From: Eledone cirrhosa
Lineage: Eukaryota
NCBI GenBank assembly: GCA_964016885.1
Contig: OZ024741.1
Coordinates: 28,892,001 to 28,956,000, forward strand
DNA: 64,000 nucleotides
Reading direction: 5' to 3'
The notes beneath the pieces were generated by a model. That model saw nothing but the letters and a program-made list of their open reading frames with translations, had not been told where the DNA came from and made no database searches. The position numbers and the translations under genes are program-made. Each line of letters begins with the position of its first letter. Position 1 is the first letter of the stretch. Positions 42,400-54,234 of the stretch are shown here, piece after piece.

Positions 42400-43100
42400 T
42401 TACCAACAACAAGTCAACAGCAACAGCAACAACAACACCAACAACACCATCACCATTTAAACTAACAACAACATCAACACCAACACCAACACAAATAACA
42501 ACAACCTCCCCAACACTAATAACAACACCAATAACAACACCAACACCATCAACAACACCAACACCATCACCATCCCCAACACCAACAACAACAACAACAC
42601 CAACACCAATAACAACACAATCCCCAACACTAATAACACCAACACCAATAACAATAACAACACCAACACCATTAACAACACCAACAACACCAACACCAAC
42701 ACCAACAACACCAACACCATCACCATCCCCAACACCAATACCACCATCAACACCAACAGCACCACCACCGCCATCACCACCACCACCACCATATAAAGCA
42801 ACAGTACCGTCACCACCACCAACACCACCACCACCACCAATTAAACCGCCACCACCAACACCACCATATAAAGCAACAGTACCGTCACCACCACCAACAC
42901 CACCACCACCAATTAATCCGCCACCACCAACACCACCACCACCAATTAAGCCGCCACCACCAACACCACCATATAAAGCAACAGTACCGTCACCACCACC
43001 AACACCACCAGTAGTTAAACCACTACCACCACCACCATGTAAAGCAACAGTACGGTCACCAACAATAATTGTAGAGCTCAACACAACCTCAGACCAGTAA
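42400..43100. repeat. CAA/CCA-rich trinucleotide low-complexity tract with an embedded minisatellite
   Basis: ACA/CCA triplet runs; CCACCATATAAAGCAACAGTACCGTCACCACCACC occurs 3 times plus 1 variant. Confidence 0.85.
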
Positions 43101-43262
43101 CACAACAGCCACCACAGTATTTACTATCACACAAGATTGTCTAATTTTATGCCAAGTAACTTGAAAATAGTTTATGAATGATAAGCTGTCACAGATAAAG
43201 ACGCTGTTGAAGAACCTCCCGTCTATTGTAGAGACATCTATTATTTTTTCTTTCTAAATAAT

Positions 43263-43347
43263 TGTTTCTACTTTTGGCACAAGGCCAGCAATTACCCAGT
43301 GCATTACTGGTACTTTATTTTATCGACCCCGGAAGGATGAAAGGCAA
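43263..43347 (-). mobile_element. 5'-truncated SINE, family A
   Basis: Same 3' sequence as 39942-40077; 13-bp TSD CTTTCTAAATAAT at 43250-43262 and 43348-43360. Confidence 0.85.
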
Positions 43348-43381
43348 CTTTCTAAATAATGAGAGTTCGTATACGTGTGAG

Positions 43382-43383
<2 letters not shown>

Positions 43384-43413
<30 letters not shown>

Positions 43414-43499
43414 TGTATGTATGTATGTATGTATGTATGTATGTATGTATGTATGTATGTAGGTAGGTACTGTATGTATGTAAGTATGTATGTATGTAT
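43384..43499. repeat. (TATG)n microsatellite
   Basis: Visible directly. Confidence 0.95.
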
Positions 43500-43676
43500 T
43501 TCTAGGAGAAGGAAAACTCTGATATAACACCTGCAACTCTGATGGTATCCAATGATGTTGACTTGTTCTTCTTTTTGGTAAATATCATCTTGGTTAAGAG
43601 AGTGGGACTGGCTTTGTGCAGTGCCTTTGTTCACTATAAAAGCTTCACGGCAGAGGCATTGCTTTATATCTGGAGA
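43500..43676 (+). mobile_element. Fragment of the (TATG)n-associated dispersed repeat
   Basis: Near-identical reverse complement of 44510-44686; the ORF track shows KGTAQSQSHSLNQDDIYQKEEQVNIIGYHQ on both strands. Confidence 0.8.
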
Positions 43677-43680
43677 ACTC

Positions 43681-43866
43681 TATGCTTTGCATAGAGTTAC
43701 GGTCCTTTACAGTCTGAGTTCAAATCCCGCCGAGGTTAACTTTGATTTCATCCTTACGGAGTCGATAAAATAAAGTACCAGTCACGCACTGGGGTCGATT
43801 TAATCGACTTTCCCCTCACCCAAAATTGCTGGCCTTGTGCCTGTATAAGAAACCATTATTATTATT
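43681..43866 (+). mobile_element. SINE family A, long variant, 5'-truncated, with (ATT)n tail
   Basis: B-box-like GAGTTCAAATCCC, core GCCGAGGTTAACTTTG..TTTCATCCTTACGG..GTCGATAAAATAAAGTACCAG, an extra GGGGTCGATTTAATCGAC segment, and tail ATTATTATTATT. Confidence 0.85.
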
Positions 43867-43872
43867 GCTGTT

Positions 43873-43971
<99 letters not shown>

Positions 43972-43980
43972 ATTACTGTT
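43867..43980. repeat. (GTT)n microsatellite continuing from the SINE tail
   Basis: Visible directly. Confidence 0.95.
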
Positions 43981-44180
43981 GTAATTATTCATGTTGGAAC
44001 TGAAGTGACCATAACAGATTTTTAAATGGCTGGACGTTCGGTTTTCATTGGAAAAACCAGATACTGATTAGTATCTTTTCGGAGAGATGTCAACATGAAT
44101 GGACCTGTTATTTTTATCTAAAGACATTTTTTCCAATTCCAACTCACCTGTCCCCTCAATCTATCTTATTTCTCATTCTT

Positions 44181-44217
44181 TCTTCTGATGAAGGACTAGT
44201 GTCCGAAACGTTCAGAC
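44181..44217 (+). ncRNA. Minimal hammerhead ribozyme motif (Penelope-type)
   Basis: TCTT-CTGATGA-A-GGAC-TAGT-GTCC-GAAA-CGTT-C-AGA: core CUGAUGA/GAAA, perfect stem II and short palindromic stem III. A partial related copy lies on the minus strand at about 55291-55320. Confidence 0.7.
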
Positions 44218-44312
44218 CCTCTTCCTGCTATATCAAGTGTTAACCTTATATATCCCTTCCATATACTGTACCGATTGTGTTGTTATTTCTGTTTACCTTT
44301 TACATACATACA

Positions 44313-44916
44313 TGGTGGCTGCCAACTCGTTTTCGAGTACGGCCACTACTTTATATCCATGTAGGAGAACCCCTATCGATGCGCTGAACGAGTGTGACTT
44401 TTTAGTCCAGCCAGCGACTTGAAAACTCTGGTACAAACACTACACTTGTGACAATTATTGACACATAGTGCTAGACCCATGGTACCATGTGACGACAAGT
44501 GCAGAGAGATCTCCAGATATAAAGCAATGCCTGTGTCGTGAAGCTTTAATAGTTACCAAAGGCACTGCACAAAGCCAGTCCCACTCTCTTAACCAAGATG
44601 ATATTTACCAAAAAGAAGAACAAGTCAACATCATTGGATACCATCAGGGTTGCAGATGTTATATCAGAGTTTTCCTTCTCCTAGAATTCTGCCTTGACAA
44701 AGGCTAAGGGGTCATCTCTGCCGGTGATTTTGGATGGCCATTGACTCTTAAGAGCTCCTTTGCCCTTTGACAGGTTTTGTTTTTAGTCCTGCAGGATGTC
44801 CAAAGTCACCCTCCTCACCAAAAAACCTTGGTGGGGTTGCCAGTTTGTTCGCCAACGACCCGACCATGAGACAGGTTGTACTGGGATACATGTTACCAGT
44901 AGCACCAACTGGTGAC
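44313..44916 (-). mobile_element. About 600-bp non-coding dispersed element flanked by (TATG)n/(CATA)n, possibly RTE-derived
   Basis: Bounded on both sides by CATA repeats; its end GTGGCTG(A/C)CAACTCGTTTTCGAGTAC recurs after CATA repeats at 63972-63997; its interior recurs at 43500-43676. Strand and RTE affinity are inferred. Confidence 0.6.
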
Positions 44917-44957
44917 CATACATACATACATACATACATACATACATACATACATAC

Positions 44958-47707
44958 AGATGGAATATAAGCTGATCACCATCAAACAAGAATTGAGAGC
45001 TGTTAGCGAAAAACGCCGATACCTGAAGAAGGTAGATGAGAGAAAAGTGCTTAATAAAAGATTCAGACGAAACCAAACATCAGTCTATAAAGATATGAAG
45101 AACAAAATAATAAGTGTCACTGAGGCCCCATCCCAGAAAGACATAGATTCCTTTTGGAGTAAAATATGGGGTGAAAAGAAGAATTTCAACCAAGATGCAG
45201 TGTAGCTAAGAGAAATCCGAAAGAACTATTGTTCCTACACTACAACAAACACATACGAAATAAGTGAGCCTACCCTTGAGACTTTGATAGGAAAACTCCA
45301 AGATAAGAAAACACCAGGAAGAGACATGATTGTCGGCTACTGGTACAAAAAATTGATATTCTATCGGAGGTATCTTACTGACCTCTACCAACAAGTTCTT
45401 AAGGGAGATACAGTTATACCAGAATGGTTGATATTTGCACAAACATTACTGGTCCCCAAGAACAAAGACACCCACTTGGCAAAAAACTACCGACCCAGTT
45501 GCATGCCAGAACCTGATGTATAAGATGTATATAGCCTGCCTGAACCTATTCCTCCAAGATCACTGTGAAAATAATGACATCATCGCAAATGAACAAGCAG
45601 CTAGAAAGAAAAGGGTTTGAGGATGTGCTGAACAACTCCTAATCAACAAAACTGCGATGTCGGAGATGCGACAACTCAGGAGGAATATGGCTACAGTCTG
45701 GCTGGACTACAGGAAAGCTTTCGATTCTGTTCCCCACTCTTGGGTGATAGAGGCCCTCCAACTTCCTAAAGTTCCAGACATTATTGTCAGAGCCATAGAG
45801 AGGCTGTCTTCTTCTTGGGCTACTATCCTAAGATTAAAGACAGAGAGGGAGGACTCTATTTTCACTGATAAAATAAAATATTGCAGGGGTATATTTGAGG
45901 GGGACAGTCTCTCTGTGATATTATTCATCTTGTCATTAAACCCCTTGTCCTTTCTGCTCAAGAAATGTGAGGGATACATCATTGGCTCACAGGAGGACAG
46001 AAATACGAACCTAACCCATAATTTCTTTGTGGACGATTTGAAACTCTATGCCAAGAACATGGATGGGATGAAGAAAAATCTTGACCTGCTTACAACATTC
46101 TGAAAGGATATAGGAATAAAGATTGGAGTTTGGACTGCTACAGATACCTGGGGATAGATGAGAACATATCCTATAATGGTATCTGTAATAAAGAACGCGT
46201 AACCAAGGAATACTACACCCGATTAAGAAAGATGTGGTCATCGGAACTCTCTGCGCAAAACAAAACAGTGGCTCACAATGTGTTTGCTGTGCCTGTCCTA
46301 ACACCAACGTTTGAAATACTCAATTGGACGATAGACGAAATCCGAGCAGTTGATGTTGGAACTCGAAAAATACTAAACAACACCGGAAACTTCAACAGTG
46401 ACATAGACCGCCTTTACTTGAAACGTAAGCAGGGAGGCAGAGGCCTAACATCAGTCCAGACAACATTTGAATGTCGCATCATATCTCTCCGACAACATCT
46501 ACGAACCTCGAAGCGTAGGAGCCCGTTTCTCGAGCAAGTCTATCTGCATGAAACAAATAAGATCATGAGAGTTGGGAAGGAACTCCCTCGAGAGATATTC
46601 CCTGTGTGATAATCAAAAACTCACACCACCCAGGGAAGTCGCTCAGCAGTATCGCAGTGAATCCGTGGATGAAAAACTGCATATCAGTTAAAAATCATGC
46701 ATGGATATGTTGCCAGGAAGCTCCAGAGTGAGAGTAATATAGATAAGGAAAGTAGTCCATCTTGGACCAACAACCGCTATATTGGCTCCCACTTTGAAGG
46801 ATACGCCTTTGCAATCAAAGTACAAGAGATTAACACGAAATACCTGATTCACAAAAGAGATAGGGATGCAGGCAAAACACCTAGATGTGATAATAAGTGC
46901 AGACTCTGCAGAACTAACATCGAGGATATCACCCATGTCATCAGCAGCTGTCCAAAGATGTCATCGCGGTACTATCTACCTATGAGGCATGATGTAGTGG
47001 CCAAAACACTGTACAATGCAATTCGTAAAAAAGATAGCCCCGATAATAAACATATTAAAAGCTACAGCAATGTGAAAGACATCCATGTACATAATATGAA
47101 AGAGTACTGGTGGAATGTTCCAGTAAAAACCCCAATAAAATGCAGACATAACACACCAGATATTATGATATGGGACATGGAGAAGAAAGCATGAACAGTA
47201 GTGGAAATTAGCTGCCCAGCAGATGCCAATATAATATCAAAGATTAGCGAAAAGGAGAATATTTATGCAGAACTGATGAGAAGTCTGCAGATACTCCACC
47301 CTGATTACACCTTCAGATTATTGGGACACAGGGGTATGTTAGTAACTGCCTCAATACAAATCTTGAGAAGTTAGGCTTCACAGGAACAGAAAGAACACAA
47401 CTAGTTAGGAAATTACAAGTACAATCCATTAATGGAACAGTAAAAATATGTAAAACATTCCAAAAATGTTGCACCTAATAACTGCATATACACATGTACA
47501 GATACAAAGCATATACACATGCACACATACAACTCAAAACATCCACATCCACACATACAATAACATCCATATCTACACATGCAGACATGCATACATAATC
47601 TACCTAATTGATGTTGTGTAAATTCCAATGAGAGAGTTTTGTGTCTATGTTAGAAACCAACTCTCTCTCTATTGGTAAAAATTTGTGAAATTATAAAACC
47701 AGAAGAA
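44958..47707 (+). mobile_element. 5'-truncated, decayed R4/Dong-like (RLE clade) LINE: RT, CCHC knuckle, RLE and 3' UTR
   Basis: ORF pieces 44912-47194 give KTPGRDMIVGYWYK, NYRP/ACQNLMYK, WLDYRKAFDSVPH, GIFEGDSLS, FFVDDLKLY, YRYLGI, RLYLKRKQGGRGL, MHG, CRLC..EDITHVISSCP..RHD and NTPDI, followed by VEISCP. Several stops and frameshifts; flanked by (CATA)n and (CA)n. Confidence 0.93.
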
Positions 47708-47892
47708 CACACACACACACTCACACTCACACACACACACATATATATGTGTAACTGAAAAGATATATATCTCTATATATATATTCACAAATAAGTCTGA
47801 ATAATCCCTAATATATTTCCACTATCCAGTGAATTTCCAAGCGATAAGGTATGATTTTCAAGGATATGTCTCTATTTATAAAACAAACTTTG

Positions 47893-47957
47893 TATTTTAT
47901 CTGATGAAAGCGTACCAATGTTGTCTTGGTTGCTCTTGAAATATATATAATAAAATA
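47893..47957 (+). ncRNA. Hammerhead ribozyme motif in a Penelope pseudo-LTR (pLTR)
   Basis: TATTTTAT-CTGATGA-[AAGCGTACCAA..TTGGTTGCTCTT]-GAAA-TATATA-TA-ATAAAATA: 8-bp stem I, intact core and palindromic stem III. Confidence 0.8.
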
Positions 47958-48143
47958 AATATGGTTTTATAGTATCCATTTATTTAATATCATTGTGTAT
48001 ATATACGGAGTACCATAACTGGACTACACTTAAGTGAACTACCTATAACAATAATCTGTTACCCCGTATATATATATATATATATATATATAAATATATA
48101 TATAAATATATATAAATGGAAACTATATTTATAAAACCATAAT

Positions 48144-48209
48144 TATTTTATTATATATATTTCAAAGGCAACCAAGGCAAATTATGGTGCGCTTTCATCA
48201 GATAAAATA
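48144..48209 (-). ncRNA. Hammerhead ribozyme motif in the pLTR, sense to the Penelope-like ORF
   Basis: The reverse complement reads TATTTTAT-CTGATGA-AAGCGCACCA..TGGTTGCCTTT-GAAA-TATATA-TA-ATAAAATA. Confidence 0.8.
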
Positions 48210-50441
48210 CAGATTTGTTTTATAAATAAATAGTGAGATACCCGAAAAAAAGACAACCTTAATGGTTGAAGTTCCCTGGATAGTGGAGATAATATTTTAT
48301 TGAGGGTGATACAAAGTTTTGAGTGAGTATGCAAATGAGTGTCCGAAAAATTGAAAAAACAACGGTTTATTTAAATTAAACTGTTGGAAGAAAGGAGATG
48401 TAAAAGGGAGAGGAAAAAATATTGAAAGCGAGGGAGAAAGAATAGTGAAAGGGAGAGAGAAGGAAAGAGAAAGAGAGAAGAAGGAAAGACAAGATTATGC
48501 ATAGTGATAGTGAAGAGAAGCGAAGCGAACAAAGAAATAAGTTTTACATGGATGAATACTCAGAACGTAAATATAACGTTCATTATGCTATGTTTATAAT
48601 ATTTATAAGCTAAAAAATTGTTAGAATTTAATTAAAAATTTAATTAAAATTTAATTAAAATAAGATATATTGCAAAAAGATTTATTTAAAATATATTAAG
48701 ATGTATTAATAATATATGGGTTTAGATGGGTATGTTATGTTATAGATTATAAATTATATGGAAAAAATCTAGTATAGTTTATTTGATTAAAGTAAGTTTG
48801 GCAAAATGATATTTAGCCAGAATTTATTAATAGTTGTAAGTCAAATCTTAAACATCCAAATAATTCCAAAAATTACGAAATTTTACGAGAGTTTACAAAG
48901 GAATAAGTACTTAATTAGAAGTATATATTAAAACCATTTAAAAATTCAGACTATAAATTAAGACTATAAAAATTGAGATTATAAAAACAATAAGGAAGTT
49001 TAAAGGAGGTTAAAAGGGATGTTTTTAAAAACTCAAATGACTCCAAGGATAGATAAAAATCTCTTTAAAAAGTTATAAGAAGTTATAAAAAGTTATAAAA
49101 ATTCATCTTAAAATATAATTAAAACATAACACATAGATTATTCCACATATATATAAATAATATAAATATTTGGATATATATGAAAATACATAAATATTAA
49201 AAATGTTTAAAATATTGGAAGATATGAAAATAATGGTTTTTCCGTATCTTTCAAAAGGATCTTTCAAAAATTTTACCAAAAGTTTTCAAAAATGTTCAGA
49301 AAGTCTTTCAAAGGAAATTTTTAGAATTTTCAAAACCTTTTCTTAAAAGAATTTCAAGTAGTCATGTAAAAAGGGTTATGATATATTTTTTGGAGGTAGG
49401 ATTGATAAGTGTAATAATACAAAGTATATTTATGAAGTAGAAATATTAGAAAGGTTTTAAGGAGTAAATTAAAATATAATAAGTGTATTTTATATATTTA
49501 GGAAGTTATTAAGGTTAGAATTATATTAAATTCTTGAATCATATATAGATATAATCTGAGGGATGAGTTTATAGGTGTTTGGATATAGAAAACGTTATGT
49601 AAGGAAGATGGACCATATATTACATTTTATATATATATCTAAAAGTTGAATTTAAACGATGTTTACAAGAACTAAATAAATTATTACGCAAATTAATAGA
49701 GTTCTTACATTTTAGTATAGGCTGCAAAATTTGGATAGAGCTGTGTAGGATGGTGCTTTGGTAAAGATGGTGCTTTGATAAAGAATAGTTTATATTCTTG
49801 GATTTTAAGTTCCATAATAAGTTGGATAGAGAAGTTGAAGAATTTTTACCAATATTCGTAAAGGAACATTTATGGTTATTGAAACGAGATTTGAAGTCTG
49901 TCGAAGTAGAGCCGACATAGTTAAAGGAATTATCATTGGTTTTGACATTGCAATTGTATACTACATTTTTAACTAAACAGTTATTATTTAAAGGACAGTT
50001 AAATTTATTTCTACAATTACATTTATCAGAATTTATATTATTGGGAACCGTATCATTATATTGGATATTGATAGAGGTATTAATGCTATTCTGGTTAAGT
50101 TTTAAGTTTCTATTATTAATTCTATTTATATTCTGCGCTAAATTCATAGTGGTAGAATATGATAGTTTAATTGTATGTCTATTAAAGATTGAGTGATACC
50201 TATGTGTCTTGGGAAAACAATTATCTAGAGCTTTAAAAAAATAGTTTAGCTATTGAAGTTTTAATACTTAATGAGAAAGGGGAAGCGAACCATAATATAT
50301 TTCTAGTTCCATTTCTTCTTTTAATTTTAGAGTTAGTGCTAGGTTTCTTATAATTATAATTATGGTTAGTTGGCATATCTTTATTATCAATGTATTTAAT
50401 TTCATTATTATAGCCTGCTCTACTTAAAGCATTGTTATAAT

Positions 50442-50629
50442 TGTTTCTACGTTAGGCACAAGGCCAGTAATTATCCAGTGTATTACTGGTACTTTATTTT
50501 ATCGAACCCGTAAGGATGAAAGGCAAAGTTAACCTCGGCGGGATTTGAACTCAGAATGGCAAGGGCCGTAACTCTATGCGTCAAAGCATGGCGTCCGACC
50601 CTCTACCAATACTGCCAATCCACCGCCAT
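50442..50629 (-). mobile_element. Full-length SINE family A inserted in the Penelope-like ORF
   Basis: tRNA-like head (GGCGGTGGATTGGCAGTATTGGTAGAG...GAGTTCAAATCCC); 10-bp TSD TTGTTATAAT at 50432-50441 and 50630-50639. Confidence 0.9.
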
Positions 50630-51370
50630 TTGTTATAATATTGTGCCTTATCTTCAAAAATATTTTTTTATTCGCTGAAATTCTAGAAATACGTTGCTGT
50701 TCGGAATTTACAATAGTATTTTTAACGGATCTCGGGTGATTGGAATTAAAGTTAACATAGTTTAAATTCTCATTGATTTTATGAAATGGATAATAAAGAC
50801 CAGTATTAAGGTTTAAAGTTACATCTAAAAAATTAACTATTTTATAATGATTCTCTACTTCTACCTTAAGATTAAAGCTATTAAAAAATTGTATTATTGA
50901 TTTTCTTTTCCTATTGATTTCACAATTATTATTATTTTCAATAAGCAATAGCATATCATCACGATATAAACCACCGGTCATCTCTGGTATTTTTCTATGT
51001 AAAGTATTGTTAATAAAAAGCACCACAAGATCCGTTAATTACGCCGAGTCCGATGACTCCATAGTAATATCGAAATTGTTATCCCTATCTGCTCTAGTCC
51101 AAAGATGGTTGTTAAATTTACTTAAGGTTTTATGTGCAGTTAATATGATGTGCATTTCATCGCTCGATAAATCAGTATATTTAAATGTGTATTAAGTAAA
51201 TTAGTGTACTATTTTCTACTCCCTCTTCAGTTATTCTCTTCGGGATTTTAAAACGTACTCTCACAGAAATACACCTATAGAATACTCACAGAACACAGAA
51301 ATGTACACACACACAAACACACGTCACACACACACACTCACACACCCATACCTACACGTCCGTCACCCTC

Positions 51371-51410
<40 letters not shown>

Positions 51411-51467
51411 GTGAGGTGTTTTTACAAAATGAAAAAAAAAACCGAGGTGTCCTACACGAGTGAAAGC

Positions 51468-51714
51468 ATAAGGAAAAAAGATGTAATCGAAAATGTAACT
51501 GGAGTTTTTTTTTTTTTAAATATATTTATTTGGTTCCTTTACCGGTTTCGCAGTTCTTGTGCTTTTCAAAAGTAGAATTGAGAGGGAGGGTTTACCACAA
51601 ACCCTCCATCTCAATTCTACTTTTGAAAAGCACAAGAACTGCAAAACCAGTAAAGGAACCAAATAAATATATAAAAAAAAAGACTCCAGTTGCATTTTCG
51701 ATTTCATCTTTTTT

Positions 51715-51720
<6 letters not shown>
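51468..51720. repeat. Long near-perfect palindrome (arms of about 125 bp, 5-nt loop ACCAC)
   Basis: Arms 51468-51593 and 51599-51720; a single-arm copy of the same repeat is at about 53929-54080. Confidence 0.9.
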
Positions 51721-51797
<77 letters not shown>

Positions 51798-51954
51798 CGT
51801 ATATATAAATATATGTTGTATTACAATTACTCCAATGCGTGTGCTCCAAATAAATTTGTTAACTAAATTCTAAACGATATGGAAATCACTGGATATCGAT
51901 CTATAACCCGTACTATATCTATCTTTCTATCTATTATCTATCTATCTATCTATC

Positions 51955-52268
51955 AAGTTTTATGAAAGGTGGGTGAAAGTGGCGAGAATGGCCCGAGTGA
52001 ATGGGCCTTCTCTCTATATCAGCCTGTAGGTTGAGGAAAAAGAGGAAGAGAAGAAAGGGGTACAAACTCTTCGTACTCCTGGAGATGAGGGTTGCACATT
52101 TTTTCGGGGATATGTGTTACCCATATGAACTGTCTCCCCTATTGGGGAAAATCGACTAATTTTTTAAATTGCATTTGTGATAATATTTTACACGTTTTTA
52201 TTGTATGTAAACTTCCCCCTTTGTATTTGTCCCCTTCTTTTGTGCCCCTGTGGCTAATAAAGAAACAT
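51955..52268 (+). mobile_element. Probable 3' end of an L1/Tx1-like LINE sitting in (CTAT)n
   Basis: KFYERWVKVARMARVNGPSLYISL* (FxxRW-type C-terminus), then a UTR ending AATAAAGAAA; CTAT repeats on both sides. Confidence 0.45.
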
Positions 52269-52269
52269 T

Positions 52270-52270
<1 letters not shown>

Positions 52271-52310
<40 letters not shown>

Positions 52311-52313
52311 TTT

Positions 52314-52410
<97 letters not shown>
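52271..52410. repeat. (CTAT)n microsatellite
   Basis: Visible directly. Confidence 0.95.
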
Positions 52411-52412
<2 letters not shown>

Positions 52413-52439
52413 CTCTCTCTATATATATTTCTAGGGCGG

Positions 52440-52860
52440 GTAAAATTCCCGAGATCCATGGACAAGTTATCTCCAGCGGTCTCTGTCCCTCATTATCGCT
52501 GCCACGTGCTGCGTCTCCAATAGACCAGTGTCTGTCCTTAGGACATCAACATATGTCAACCTCGGTCTCCCTCTTCCAGTATGTCCATGCAGGGGCTCCC
52601 ACTGGAGCACTGAGTGCAGTGTCAACTCTGGATGTCAGTGAGCATGTCCAGCTAACCTCAGTCTCTTCTGTGTTACTCTCGGACTTTTGGGAGGCTCTCG
52701 TACAGCTCTGAATTCTTCATCCTCAGTGTATACTGATTAATGTTCAGAGCCATCCTCAGCATTCTCGTGTCACACCCATCTACCATCTGAGTGAGTTTCT
52801 TGGTCAGTGTCCAAGACTCAGACCCATACAGCAGCACAGACTCCACTATATAAAAATGAG
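52440..52860 (-). mobile_element. 3' fragment of an RTE-clade LINE
   Basis: VESVLLYGSESWTLTK..VDGCDTRMLRMALNI, followed by RLRLAGH, WEPLHG..GRGRPRLTYVD and MRDRDRWR, a typical RTE C-terminus. Confidence 0.82.
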
Positions 52861-53117
52861 GAAACTCATCGCTAGAACAGATGTTAAAACGGCTAACTGC
52901 TATCAAAGACAGCGACGAAAAGGCATCAGAGGATAGAGACCAGTGGCCAGTGGTCTACAGAGAGACAATCCACTTCCGGTCACTTCTGTGCGCCAAGACA
53001 ATTCTCCTTGTCCTTGTCCTCTTTCAATCTTTTCTAGGTTTCATCTGCCAGTCACATTTATATACACATTTACACAACCACTGTTACCTCTGTACTCTGT
53101 ATAGGAGCGTGGCTGGT

Positions 53118-53330
53118 GAAGGCGCGTGGCTGAGTGGTTAGAGAATTGGATTTGCAATCGTGAGGTTGTGAGTTCGATTCCCGGACCGGGCAATGCGTTA
53201 TGTCCTTGGGCAAGACACTTTATTTCACGTTGCTCCTTCTACGTGGATTTGCGACCGAGTGAGCGTATTAGCAATCAGAAAGACCAATGGAAACATTGTT
53301 TCCTCGGTCAGATTTGACGAAAGTCGATCG
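53118..53330 (+). mobile_element. tRNA-derived SINE family B (CORE-like)
   Basis: A-box TGGCTGAGTGG, B-box GAGTTCGATTCC and CORE-like TGTCCTTGGGCAAGACACTTTAT; further copies at 55787 and 62681. Confidence 0.85.
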
Positions 53331-53928
53331 ACTATCGTCGTCGTCTGTATATCCAGGTTTAAAATTTTGCAACTGGTTCACCTTTCTAATAAATAACTCA
53401 TTATTTTGGTCACTCATTTTAAATCCTTTAGTATATATTCTATAACTAAACTTACATTTATTAATGTCTAGACATATATATGTCCTAACGTTTTCAAGAT
53501 TATTTTCGCATATCTTACTCATCATGAAATCTTTTGCGACTATTAAAACTTACATTTTAATTCAAGAAGATCTCAAATATATCTTTTCTTATTCTTTTCA
53601 AACGAAGAAACAGGTGGCATTTAGAAAGGAAAATAAAACAAAGCATTAGAATAGTTTCTAGAACTATAAGATTTCTTTCTTCTTTCTGATATCATAGTTT
53701 ACAGCTGAGAAAAACTAACAAATAGAACATGTAGAAAGTATGGCTTACGTGGATGATTAATCGTTTGTTCTTATCTTAGCAGAATGAATGAATTCATGGA
53801 AAGTTGTAGCTCTTACAGGAGCATTCTAATATTCAGCAGCGAAATTTAAAATACAACTGTTGTTTAAGGTATGTATATAAAGAGTTTTTTTTTTAAATGG
53901 ACCCCCCCACCCCCCACCCCCCAAAAAA

Positions 53929-54080
53929 CGAGATGTCCTACACGAGTGAAAGTATAAGGAAAAAAGAGGAAATCGAAAATGCAACTGGAGTCTTTTTAAG
54001 AATATTTATTTGGTTTCTTTACCGGTTTCACAGTTCTTATGCTTTTCAAAAGTAGAATTGAGATGGAGGGTTTGTGGTTT
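53929..54080. repeat. Single-arm copy of the repeat that forms the 51468-51720 palindrome
   Basis: GTCCTACACGAGTGAAAG..ATAAGGAAAAAAG..AGTAGAATTGAGATGGAGGGTTT is shared with 51449-51593. Confidence 0.85.
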
Positions 54081-54234
54081 TTCTCGCATCATATATATAT
54101 ATATATGTGCGCGCGTGTGTGTGTGTGTGTGTGTATGAGCAAGTGTGTGTGTATGCGTGAGTGTGTGTGCGCACGCGCGTCTTTTGTTGACGGCCAAGAG
54201 AAAGGAGTAATAAATACCAAAGTAGGATTTTTCA

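Larger units (their letters stand above)
48115..51200 (-). mobile_element. Decayed Penelope-like element (RT + GIY-YIG endonuclease) with long AT-rich 3' region and pLTR
   Basis: Minus strand: FDITMESSDSA*LTDLV, GGLYRDDML, VNFLDVTLNL, NYVNFNSNHP, IFNRHTIKLSYS and CNCRNKFNCPLNNNCLVKNVVY...YVGST..FKSRFNNH. The pLTR at about 48115-48295 has a diverged inverted copy at about 47810-47990. Confidence 0.9.

Noticed and set aside
44780-44916. HDV-like or twister ribozyme at the putative 5' end of the minus-strand element (GTA-TCCCAG-TAC, GGCGAA)
   Set aside because: I could not build the P1/P2 pairings by eye; it would need a covariance-model search.
44958-47707. This LINE as the direct source of the satellite
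   Set aside because: Its knuckle (CRLCRTNIEDITHVISSCPKM) differs clearly in sequence from the monomer; it is a separate RLE family.
44912-51200. Functional RT genes or a retron/DGR-like system
   Set aside because: Both RTs carry stops, frameshifts or a SINE insertion and have ordinary LINE or Penelope domain orders.
53118-53190. tRNA genes at SINE heads (also 55787, 56018, 62820)
   Set aside because: A/B boxes are present, but the anticodon region varies between copies and each continues into a shared SINE body.
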